Below are positions 25,469-33,935 of a stretch of DNA of 64,000 nt, in pieces. The first letter of the stretch is position 1, and every line of letters begins with the position of its first letter. A program made the position numbers and the translations under genes. The notes beneath the pieces are model-generated. The model did no database searches. It had not been told where the DNA came from and worked only from the letters and a program-made list of their open reading frames with translations. Source of the stretch: an uncultured Planctomycetales bacterium (GTDB lineage: Bacteria > Planctomycetota > Planctomycetia > Isosphaerales > Isosphaeraceae); assembly GCA_937907525.1 (NCBI GenBank), contig CALCIB010000187.1, forward strand, positions 390 through 64,389. Direction: 5' to 3'.

Positions 25469-27070
25469 ATGCTGAACTCGAATACGATCGGCGCGTCGGT
25501 CCATCCGACGTCAGGGGCGGCGATGCCTCGGATAGCCCTGCCGGACGGTCGGCGGTTGGACCGCCCTCATCCCGAATGGCTGGCGCACCATCTCCGCTGG
25601 CGATGGCTGCTCGACTCGTGGGAGGGCGGCGAGGCCTACCGCACCGCCGTCTACGGGTACGACATGCACGGGATGCCCGTGCGGAACCTGGTCCGTCATA
25701 AACGGGAGTACCCGTCGTCCACCGACGCCGGCGCTTATCCCTTGGGCGGGAGGCCGTTCGGCACCGATCCCGCCTATCAGGCGACGGACGACGACTACGA
25801 ACTGCGACGGGCCAGGACGCCGGTCCCGACCTTCGTCTCGGAAGCGGTCGAGGCCCATCTCGCCCGCATCTACAGCCGCGAGGTGCGCCGCGCCGGCCCC
25901 GAGTCGTTGACCTCGTGGTGGCGCGACGTCGACGGTCGGGGGGCTTCGATCGACGATTTCATGTCGAGTTCGGTCGCCCCGCTCCTCCTGGTGCTGGGCC
26001 AGCTCGATCTGATCGTCGATCGTCCGGCCGCCCCCGACGGCGAACCGGTGCGGACCCGCGCCGACGAGATCCGGCTGGGGCTCGACGCCTGCGCGGCCTC
26101 CTACGTTCTCCCGGAAAACATGGTCTGGTGGCGCCTGGACCGCGCCGGACGGTATCTCGAATGCCTCGTTCGAGAGGTCGACGACCGAGGCGGCGTCTCC
26201 TGGCGTCACTGGAACGAGAATATCTGGACGTTGTTCGATGACCGCGGCGAGAAGGTCCGCGGGCCCTTCGAACACGGATACGGCCGCGTCCCGATCATCC
26301 GAGTCTTCGATCGTCGACGGCCGCGCTGCCGGAACATCGGACTTCCCAGGTATGAAAGCATCGCTGAGATCCAGCGCGAGTTTTACAACCGCGACAGCGA
26401 GCTGATCCTCAGCGACACGACGCAGGCGCACCCGCTGCTGCAGGGTCCCGAGGACTACGTGAAGGCCGACGGGGCCGTGCCGATCGGGCCCAACTGGCTG
26501 CTCCCCAAGAAGAAGAACGCCCAAGGGGGGGCGACGACCTACGAGGGGTTCGACGTCATCCGGTTCCCCAAGGAAGGGGCGGACTCCCTGCGGATGAACA
26601 AGGCCGATCTGAGGGACGCCGCCGACCGCGCCGCGCTCTTGTTGAAGCCCGCCGGATCGGCGGGGACGAGCGGGTCGACCGTGGCCCAGAGCGGGATCTC
26701 GAAGCGGATCGACCAGGCGGCGGGCAACGACCTCTTGAGCAAGATCGCCGCGACGCTGGGCGGGATAGAGCGCCGTCTGGCCGATTTGGCGCTGGCCGTC
26801 ATGGGGGCCGATCCGACGGCCGAGGATCGCGAGGCGATCCGCGTGCAGTATCCGTCGTCCTTCGACCTATACACCGGGGAAGAGTTGGCTCGCGCGGTCG
26901 GTCAATTCCAGACCGTGCTGGGCGCCGCGGGCCACGCCCCCAAGACGGAGCGGGAGATGCTCGGCAAACTCGTCCGAGTGATGCTCCCGGGGCTGGACGA
27001 CTCGGACTACGGCGAATTCGACGTCGAGATCGAGACGTACCTCGGTCTCGACGCGGAGACTCGGGCTTGA
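25469..27070 (+). CDS. Phage portal protein, 533 aa
   Basis: Directly after TerL; portal size; HGYGRVPIIRV, YNRDSELILS, AQSGISKRID motifs resemble SPP1/DUF4055-type portals. Confidence 0.75.
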   Translation: MLNSNTIGASVHPTSGAAMPRIALPDGRRLDRPHPEWLAHHLRWRWLLDSWEGGEAYRTAVYGYDMHGMPVRNLVRHKREYPSSTDAGAYPLGGRPFGTDPAYQATDDDYELRRARTPVPTFVSEAVEAHLARIYSREVRRAGPESLTSWWRDVDGRGASIDDFMSSSVAPLLLVLGQLDLIVDRPAAPDGEPVRTRADEIRLGLDACAASYVLPENMVWWRLDRAGRYLECLVREVDDRGGVSWRHWNENIWTLFDDRGEKVRGPFEHGYGRVPIIRVFDRRRPRCRNIGLPRYESIAEIQREFYNRDSELILSDTTQAHPLLQGPEDYVKADGAVPIGPNWLLPKKKNAQGGATTYEGFDVIRFPKEGADSLRMNKADLRDAADRAALLLKPAGSAGTSGSTVAQSGISKRIDQAAGNDLLSKIAATLGGIERRLADLALAVMGADPTAEDREAIRVQYPSSFDLYTGEELARAVGQFQTVLGAAGHAPKTEREMLGKLVRVMLPGLDDSDYGEFDVEIETYLGLDAETRA

Positions 27071-27140
27071 ACGTGCCAAGGGGATTTCGGCGGTCGCGGT
27101 CGCGACGCGGCCGCTCTCTGATTTCGAGCGAGGTTCATAC

Positions 27141-27806
27141 GTGAACGATCAAGCGAGCGTCGACGTCGCTCCGGACGCGGCCGATCAGTCCGGCCCGTCG
27201 CGGGGCGAGGAGCGTCAGCGGTTGCGGGCCCTGGAGGCCCAACTGTCGGACGTCCGACGCCAGCAGGACGCGGCGTTGGAGATGAAGGATCAGGAGCGTC
27301 TGCGGGCCCTGGCCGAGAAGGGTCAGATCGAGGAGGCGCTTGAGCAGCAGCGCCGGACCTGGGAGCGGAAGCACGCCGAGGCGGTCTCCCGATACACGCT
27401 TTTGGAACAGCAGGTCTTCGGCGAGAGAAAATCGGCCGCGATCGCCGACGCCCTCCAGGGTCGGGCGTTCGTCGGCGAAACGTCGGAGCAGCGTTCGGCC
27501 GCCGCGGCGATGGTCCGTCGACTTCTCCAGGACGAGTTCGAGACGGTTCGAGAGGCGTCGGGCGCGCTCGTGGTCCGCGAGCGGTCCAGCGGTCGTCCGG
27601 CCGGAGAGGCCCTCCGCGAGCGCCTCGACTCGCCGCAGTTCGCGATCTTCTTCGCGGCGACGTCGCGTGGGGGGGCGGGCGGCGACGCCTCGCGACCGTA
27701 CGCCGCCCCGAGAGGGGCCCAGCCGGGATCGCTCGAGGCGATCGTCGACCAGTGGAGAGACCGGCAAAACCAGTACCAGTCGTTCGGGCTGCACCCGCTG
27801 GTGTGA
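27141..27806 (+). CDS. Capsid scaffolding protein, 221 aa
   Basis: Coiled-coil E/Q/R-rich sequence between portal and capsid; C-terminal FFAATSRGGAGG linker. Confidence 0.7.
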   Translation: MNDQASVDVAPDAADQSGPSRGEERQRLRALEAQLSDVRRQQDAALEMKDQERLRALAEKGQIEEALEQQRRTWERKHAEAVSRYTLLEQQVFGERKSAAIADALQGRAFVGETSEQRSAAAAMVRRLLQDEFETVREASGALVVRERSSGRPAGEALRERLDSPQFAIFFAATSRGGAGGDASRPYAAPRGAQPGSLEAIVDQWRDRQNQYQSFGLHPLV

Positions 27807-27874
27807 CCCCCCCGTCGTCGGCGGACGTCCTCGTGGCCGGCCGCCCAGTCGAAATCGATTCGGAGTCAATGTAG

Positions 27875-29011
27875 ATGCCCTCGTATGAGAACAGCCCGCT
27901 GACCCAGTTCAACGCCTTCAGCGCCGGCGTCCTGCCCAACGACGTCTTCGGCGTGGCGATCAACTGGTTCGTCAACCGGACCCCGCTGACGTCGCGGCTG
28001 CCGAAGCTGCCGGTCGGATCGCCCCACTTCCTGATCGTCAACGACAACTATCGACCTCGCTCGGTGGCGTTGAACGCAGCCCTGACGGCCGCCGCGACGT
28101 CGCTGACCGCCGCGGACGCCTCGGTGTTCGACTCGGGAGACGTCATCCAGGTCGAGCAGGAGTACCTGCTGGTGACGGCCGTGGATCCATCGACGAACAC
28201 CGTGACGGTGGCCCGAGGCTACGCGGGCACGACGGCGGCCGCGCACGCCAACGCCCAGCCCATCTTCCTGGTGAGCAACACGCGGACCGGCGCCGAGACG
28301 AACGTCTCCGGCCTCAGCCGGATCCCCCAGGCGACCACTCAGTATTGCCAGACGGTGCAGCACGCCTACCAGGTCGGCGGGGCGCTGCAGGCCGACGCCA
28401 ACTACGGCTCGGCCTACGCGACTCCGCTCGACCGCGACCGGATGCTGGCGATGCAGCACGTCATGGACGACTTCGAGTCGGCGGTGTATTACGGCAAGGG
28501 GGTCGGCCTGTCCAGCCCGTCGAGCCGGCCGCTGATGAAGGGGATTCAGTCGCTCCTGTCGACCAACAACGTCACTTCGCCGACGAACGCGGCGGCGTAC
28601 AAGCCGAGCGACCTGATCCGCGACACCATCCAGGCGTGCTTCAACGGCGGCGGCAACCCCAGCCTGCTTTTGGTCAGCACGGACTTCCTGTCGGCCTTCG
28701 CCGTCTGGGGTCACGCCGCGATGCGGGTCAACGCCGGGAGCAACGTCTTCGGCGTGCCGATCGATCTGTTCGAGGCCCCGTTCCTTTCCGGCATCTCCAT
28801 CGTGCCGGCGCCGCTGCTGCGCCCGGGCACGGCGGTCTGCCTCTCGGCCAGCGAGGCACGGGTGCGGTTGAAGCGGTCGATGATCGACAAGCCGCGCGGC
28901 AGCCGCGGCGACGCCTTCGAGGGCGACATCATCATGGAGGGCGCCGTCGAGATCGACAACGAGGCGCATCACGCCTGGGTCTCCGGGATCTCGGCCTTCA
29001 GCGCCGCCTGA
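27875..29011 (+). CDS. Major capsid protein (HK97 fold, DUF5309/SU10-like), 378 aa
   Basis: TQYCQTVQHAYQVGG, MDDFESAVYYG, RPLMKGIQSLL and RGDAFEGDIIMEGAVEIDNE resemble the DUF5309 pattern; follows the scaffold gene. Confidence 0.8.
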   Translation: MPSYENSPLTQFNAFSAGVLPNDVFGVAINWFVNRTPLTSRLPKLPVGSPHFLIVNDNYRPRSVALNAALTAAATSLTAADASVFDSGDVIQVEQEYLLVTAVDPSTNTVTVARGYAGTTAAAHANAQPIFLVSNTRTGAETNVSGLSRIPQATTQYCQTVQHAYQVGGALQADANYGSAYATPLDRDRMLAMQHVMDDFESAVYYGKGVGLSSPSSRPLMKGIQSLLSTNNVTSPTNAAAYKPSDLIRDTIQACFNGGGNPSLLLVSTDFLSAFAVWGHAAMRVNAGSNVFGVPIDLFEAPFLSGISIVPAPLLRPGTAVCLSASEARVRLKRSMIDKPRGSRGDAFEGDIIMEGAVEIDNEAHHAWVSGISAFSAA

Positions 29012-29035
29012 GCCTCGGTCAAGAACCCGCCGGAG

Positions 29036-29068
29036 CCGCCCCGCGCGCGACGCGGGGCGGTCATTTCC
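29036..29068 (+). terminator. Probable attenuating hairpin after capsid gene
   Basis: CCGCCCCGCG (29036-45) / CGCGGGGCGG (29051-60) 10-bp stem followed by TCATTTCC; the U-tract is short. Confidence 0.5.
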
Positions 29069-29083
29069 ACGACGCGAGTCGAC

Positions 29084-29452
29084 ATGAGCACAACTCGTTC
29101 CTTCACGTTCCCCGGCTTGTGGCCTTATATCGAACGCGCGGCCGAGGGGCGGCGCCTTCCGTTCCTGGGCCGCGGGCGTGAGCTGTGGCATTACAAGCAG
29201 GTCCAGGACGCGCTGGGCCAACTCCCCGGCCTCGCCGCGAGCGATCGGCGCGAGTCGTTGGCCCACGTCGCGGCGGTGCGGGACTCGCTCGCCGCGACGC
29301 TCGACGGGATCGACCTGGCCGTGCTGGAGACGGTCCAGGGCCTGGGCGGCGGCGAGTCTCGGGATCCCGCGTGCGGCGCCTCCGAGCCGGCGGAGTCGCA
29401 ACCGCGTCGCGGCCTCGCGGCGCGACGGCGGCGCGACTCCCAAAACGAATAA
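29084..29452 (+). CDS. Hypothetical protein (122 aa)
   Basis: In-operon ORF after capsid gene; no motif recognised. Confidence 0.6.
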   Translation: MSTTRSFTFPGLWPYIERAAEGRRLPFLGRGRELWHYKQVQDALGQLPGLAASDRRESLAHVAAVRDSLAATLDGIDLAVLETVQGLGGGESRDPACGASEPAESQPRRGLAARRRRDSQNE

Positions 29453-29478
29453 ACACCCTTCAGCCTGCGAGCCATTCC

Positions 29479-30156
29479 ATGAGTCAGTCAGACCGGCTCA
29501 CGATCCTCTACGCCGACGACGAGGACGTCGCGGTCCACGCCCCAGGCGACTTCGCGGTGCTGGCGCCGGCCTGGCAGAAGATCGCCCAGGGCTCCGACGG
29601 CGTTTTCGGGTCCGGCCCTAGCTGGACCCTTGCGTCGGCGACGTCGGACTTCGAGGCGGCCGGGGCCCGACCGGGCCATGTGATCCAATTGCGAAAACCC
29701 ACGTCGGTCTTCAAAGGCGCGGGCGAACTCTTCGCCGTCGAGGGGGCCGTCGGGGGCTCGCTGACGATCCGCCGCGTCGGCATGCCCGCGGGCGCCGGGG
29801 CTCCGCCCGCGCCGGCCTCGGGCCTCTCCGGCGTGGAGTTCGTCATCGCCACCCTGTCGCCGCAGATCGAGGAGGCGAGCTTCGATCTGAACCGTCTGTT
29901 CGCCATCGATCCACTCGCGCCTGGTCGAACGCCCTCGGATCTCCACGACGTTCGGGAACTCCGCCGCGCCTGCGTCCTCGGCGTGCTCGTCCGCCGCTAT
30001 GCGGCCGAGTCGCGCGGCTCCGACGGAGACTTCGCGCAAAAACTCCGACAGGCCGAAGCCGAGTTGGCCGAGGTCCTGGCGCGCCTGGAAGTGCGCTGGG
30101 GGTCGGCCGTCGACCGGTCGTCGTCCTCGATCTTCTCCACACGAATCGTGAGGTGA
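29479..30156 (+). CDS. Putative head-tail adaptor/head completion protein (225 aa)
   Basis: Position after capsid; helical C-terminus (ELRRACVLGVLVRRY...FAQKLRQAEAELAEVL). Confidence 0.45.
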   Translation: MSQSDRLTILYADDEDVAVHAPGDFAVLAPAWQKIAQGSDGVFGSGPSWTLASATSDFEAAGARPGHVIQLRKPTSVFKGAGELFAVEGAVGGSLTIRRVGMPAGAGAPPAPASGLSGVEFVIATLSPQIEEASFDLNRLFAIDPLAPGRTPSDLHDVRELRRACVLGVLVRRYAAESRGSDGDFAQKLRQAEAELAEVLARLEVRWGSAVDRSSSSIFSTRIVR

Positions 30157-30163
30157 TTTCACC

Positions 30164-30619
30164 ATGTCTTTCCTGGTTTCCCGCGAGGGCGACGCGCGCC
30201 TCTTGACCGAACTCCTCGGCGGCGCCGCGCCCGAGGACTGGCAGCTCGGCCTGTACAACTCGGCCGTCACGCCTTCCGAGACCGACACGGCCGCCACCTA
30301 CGCCGCGCACGAGGCTGCTTTCGCCGGCTACGCGCGCAAGACGCTGACTCGTTCGGTGTCGGACTCGACCTGGAACGCGCCGGTGTTGCAGGCCCCCTCC
30401 GGATCCCCGCCCTGGTCCTCCCGCGGACAGGTCGCCCACTCGCAATACGGTTCGGCCCCGACGAGCTGGACGGTCGGCGCGACCGGCGACACGGTTTACG
30501 GCTATTTCATCGTCGGCGCCGTGAGCGGCGCGCTCATCCTGGCCGAGCAGTTCGCGGATCCGCGGACGCTGCACTCGGGCGACACGCTGTCCATCACGCC
30601 GGTCTTCGAGGTCGCCTGA
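30164..30619 (+). CDS. Phage minor structural/tail-fibre-associated beta protein (151 aa)
   Basis: WQLGLYNS...GYARKTL...W...VYGYFIV...RTLHSGDTLSIT pattern typical of phage minor tail proteins (recalled, not searched). Confidence 0.55.
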   Translation: MSFLVSREGDARLLTELLGGAAPEDWQLGLYNSAVTPSETDTAATYAAHEAAFAGYARKTLTRSVSDSTWNAPVLQAPSGSPPWSSRGQVAHSQYGSAPTSWTVGATGDTVYGYFIVGAVSGALILAEQFADPRTLHSGDTLSITPVFEVA

Positions 30620-30732
30620 CGATTTCACGACCGTGAAGCGCCTCGGCGAGCCGTCGGCCGCCATGCGGGCCGGCGCGGCGGCCCCATCCATCGACCGCCT
30701 CCGCGTCTTCTCAACGGCCCGAGGGTATCAAC

Positions 30733-32244
30733 GTGAATAAATACTATGTTTCCGTCGACCGCGGGAGCGACTCCAACGACGGGCTCTCGCCCGCGACGCC
30801 GTGGAAGACGATCGGCAAGGCGATCGGACCGTCGCCGGGCGTCTCGCTCGGGACCGACGGCGCGACGGTTTATATAGAGCCCGGCGCCTACTACGAATCC
30901 GTGACGCTCGCCCTGAACCCGTCGGACGTCGCGCCGCTCGCGATCGTGGGCGACTGCGACGGCGCGGGTTTCCTGGCCGGCGGGCGGACGACGCCGACCG
31001 TCGGCGTCGTGGAGTGGTCCGCATGGGTCGACGACGCGACCCCGCGAACCGACCCCTGCCTCTCGGGCGGCTCCGGATCCCACGTCGCGCTTCGGCGACT
31101 CAAGATGTACGGCGGCATCGCCAATCCGGGGTGCGTGCAAGTCACGACCGGGAAGTCCTGGTCGATCGTCGACTCGGCGTTCATTTGCAGTCATTCCGTT
31201 CCCTCCGCGCTCGTCACGTTTGGGGCGTCGGCGTCGGGAGGCGCCACCGCCGGTCTCGGTTTGCTCGTCGAACGCTGTTCGTTTCTGGCGGACGCCGCCG
31301 TGGCGGGCGTACTCGTCGTCGCCGCCGAGGCGGCCGCCGAGTATTCGTTGGACTCCGTGATCCGCGACTGCCGCTTCGTGGGCGGCTACGGTTTTCGGAT
31401 GACTCACGTTTCGACCGGACTTGGCGCGCTCGGGACGGGGGTGACGGTCGAGCACTGCACGAGTTTCGCCGGGTATCGCGGAGCCATGATCTACGAAGGC
31501 GTCGCGACGCCGACGTTGACGACGCCCGTGTCGATTCGCGGTTGCTTTTTCCGTGCCGCCATCACCATGACCGCCGGGAACGCGACGCACGTCACCGAGG
31601 ATTGGAACGTGCTGGTGGGCGGAAATCCCGCCAACGTGCCCGCCGGTCCCAACTCCATCCGCGCCCGACGCGCGGTTTTCGATTTCGACGACGGGCTGCT
31701 GGTCGGGACGCCCCTGCGTCCGATGGGGACGCCCACCGCCGGGTCGCTCCTGGGGGGGTTCGTGGGGAGCGGCGCGTTCCCGCCGACCGACCTGACGGGG
31801 CGGGCCCGCCCGGAGGGATCGGGCGCGGCTCGTCCCGCCGCTGGCGCGTTGGAACGGCACGACACCGGCGAAGCGAACGCGCAATACGCCGACGCGGGCT
31901 CGAGCGCGTGTCTGGCTTTGACGGGTCCGAGTTCGTTGGAACGGCCGATCCTGGTCGACGCGACCGCGACGACGATCGGCGTCAAGGTCCGTTGGGACGG
32001 GAACCACGGCGACGCGAACAAGCCGAGGGCGGTCCTGCTGGCGAACCCGGAGATCGGGATCGCGAGCGACCAATCCGTCGAGCCGGCGACGTCCGGCGGT
32101 TCGGGATCGACGCCCAACGCCTACGAGGCGCTGACGTTCGCGCCGGTGACGCCGACGAAGGCCGGCGCCTTGATGCTCCGGCTGGAGTCGCGGTCGGCGG
32201 CTGGGAACGGCGTCGCGTATTTCGATTCGATCACCCTTTCTTGA
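30733..32244 (+). CDS. Beta-helix (pectin lyase-like) spike-type protein, 503 aa
   Basis: YYVSVDRGSDSNDGLSPATPWKTIGKA and TVYIEPGAYYE N-terminus, then I/V-xx-C-x-F coil repeats. Confidence 0.7.
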   Translation: MNKYYVSVDRGSDSNDGLSPATPWKTIGKAIGPSPGVSLGTDGATVYIEPGAYYESVTLALNPSDVAPLAIVGDCDGAGFLAGGRTTPTVGVVEWSAWVDDATPRTDPCLSGGSGSHVALRRLKMYGGIANPGCVQVTTGKSWSIVDSAFICSHSVPSALVTFGASASGGATAGLGLLVERCSFLADAAVAGVLVVAAEAAAEYSLDSVIRDCRFVGGYGFRMTHVSTGLGALGTGVTVEHCTSFAGYRGAMIYEGVATPTLTTPVSIRGCFFRAAITMTAGNATHVTEDWNVLVGGNPANVPAGPNSIRARRAVFDFDDGLLVGTPLRPMGTPTAGSLLGGFVGSGAFPPTDLTGRARPEGSGAARPAAGALERHDTGEANAQYADAGSSACLALTGPSSLERPILVDATATTIGVKVRWDGNHGDANKPRAVLLANPEIGIASDQSVEPATSGGSGSTPNAYEALTFAPVTPTKAGALMLRLESRSAAGNGVAYFDSITLS

Positions 32245-32253
32245 TGGACCGTC

Positions 32254-33894
32254 ATGCCCCCACGACCCTTTGAACACTGGTATCGCGGCGTATCGGTCGA
32301 AGCGGCCGCCCGTACCTCGACCTCGGCGCCGTGGGGGATTCGGGGCGCGCTTGTCGCGCCCGTGATCCGGGGGGGATTCGGCCAGGTCGCCGCGGCGGTC
32401 GGCGGCCTTCGGGCGGGCGGCGGAGGCGAGTTCGAGGCTTGCGTCTCCGCTGCCGCGCCCACGAGGGTGACGGTGGGCGGAACGGCCCACACGAGCGCGG
32501 ACGTCCGCGTCGACGGCCCCGCTTGCGCGGGGGGGGCCGGATTCGCGGCCGCAGCCGACGCACGGCTTGCTTCGGATCCGGCGCCGGGGGGCGGTTGGTC
32601 GACGGGGGGGCGATGGCGAGCCGCGGCGGAGGCCGCCGAAGGCTTCTCGGGGGGGGTCTCGGTCCACCCGGGAGCGATCGCCGCCCATGGTTTCGACTGT
32701 TCGGGATCGGGAGGATCGGCGATGGGCGGCGTCGGCCCGAACGCCGCGAGTCCGCCCGGTCGATCGTTCAAGTATTGGCGACGCGGCGAGGCTGTCGTCG
32801 ACGCCGGCCCTCGCGAGGGAGGCTTCGCGCACGGTTACCGAGGTTGGTTCGGAGCTCCCTCGTCGGGTCGGATAGGAAGAGTCGACGGTGTTGATTCGAC
32901 GGGCGCGGGCCTTCGCGTCGGCGCCGGCGCAGCGATTTGGATCGACCGCGGCGGCGCCGGCGTCGCGGTGGCCGAACTGGGAGGCGCGGGCGGAGCCGGG
33001 CGACAGGACCACGTCGCCGGTTCGGGTGGCGTGGCGCGGCCGGGCGGGGCGTCGAGGATCGAACGGGGCGCGGACTTTGACGCGATCTCAGTCGTCGGGA
33101 CGTATTCGGCCGCCTCCCCGCGCGTCGCCATCGAAGTCGAGCCCTCGTCGACGACTCGGTTCGGGGCGGCCGCCCGAGTGGACGTCGAGCACGGCCTCGG
33201 TTGGTTCGGGGGCGACGGCCGGGCCTTCGGCGGAGGCGCCGACGCGATCGCCACGTGCGAGCCCGCTGCGGGCGGGAGCCTCGCCGTCGGCGGCGGTCAT
33301 ATCGATCGTCTCGCCCTCGTCTACAGGATTTATTCCAACGGCGGACTGGGCGGCGCGATCGATTACGGGTCGCCTATCGCCGAAACGTCGGGACTGGAAT
33401 GGACGAGCGAGCCGCTGCCGCCCGGGTCGTCATTCCGTTTCGGGGTAAGAACGTATTCACCCGTCGATGATTGTCAAGACGAGAACCTCGACGCGTCGGT
33501 CGCGCTGGTCGTCGACGCGCGAGGACGAGACGCGACCGGCGTACCCCGCCCGCCCGTCGGCCTCCGCGCCCTCGATCAAGGCGGCGGTCGCGTCCGCCTC
33601 GAATGGACGACGGTCGGCCCGTCCAGATTCGAGGCGGCCGCGACCCACTTCAACGCATATCTCGGCCGAGACGTCGTCACGGACTTTTCCTCGCCGATCG
33701 TCGTCCCGGCGCCGGCGTCGCGCGGAGGCGTCGTCGCGACAGAACTTCGCGACCTGCCGACGGGCCGATCCTTCGCCGTGATCGTCCGCGCGGCGAACGA
33801 GTTCGGCGAGGACGACAACGTCGCCGCCGTTCGATTCACCGTCGATCTCTTCCCGCCGTCGCGGGTCGACGACCTCGCCGCGTCCGTCGCCTGA
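32254..33894 (+). CDS. Gly/Ala-rich protein with two C-terminal FN3-like domains, 546 aa
   Basis: Low-complexity N-terminal two-thirds; PPVGLRALDQGGGRVRLEW, FAVIVRAANEFGED, PPSRVDDL. Confidence 0.6.
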   Translation: MPPRPFEHWYRGVSVEAAARTSTSAPWGIRGALVAPVIRGGFGQVAAAVGGLRAGGGGEFEACVSAAAPTRVTVGGTAHTSADVRVDGPACAGGAGFAAAADARLASDPAPGGGWSTGGRWRAAAEAAEGFSGGVSVHPGAIAAHGFDCSGSGGSAMGGVGPNAASPPGRSFKYWRRGEAVVDAGPREGGFAHGYRGWFGAPSSGRIGRVDGVDSTGAGLRVGAGAAIWIDRGGAGVAVAELGGAGGAGRQDHVAGSGGVARPGGASRIERGADFDAISVVGTYSAASPRVAIEVEPSSTTRFGAAARVDVEHGLGWFGGDGRAFGGGADAIATCEPAAGGSLAVGGGHIDRLALVYRIYSNGGLGGAIDYGSPIAETSGLEWTSEPLPPGSSFRFGVRTYSPVDDCQDENLDASVALVVDARGRDATGVPRPPVGLRALDQGGGRVRLEWTTVGPSRFEAAATHFNAYLGRDVVTDFSSPIVVPAPASRGGVVATELRDLPTGRSFAVIVRAANEFGEDDNVAAVRFTVDLFPPSRVDDLAASVA

Positions 33895-33935
33895 CGCGAC
33901 CCAACCCATTCGCGCAAGGTTCTTCGGAGGGCCGT

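Noticed and set aside
27875-29011. Capsid gene as an encapsulin nanocompartment
   Set aside because: Terminase, portal, scaffold and tail genes flank it, indicating a DNA-packaging virion rather than a cargo-enzyme shell.
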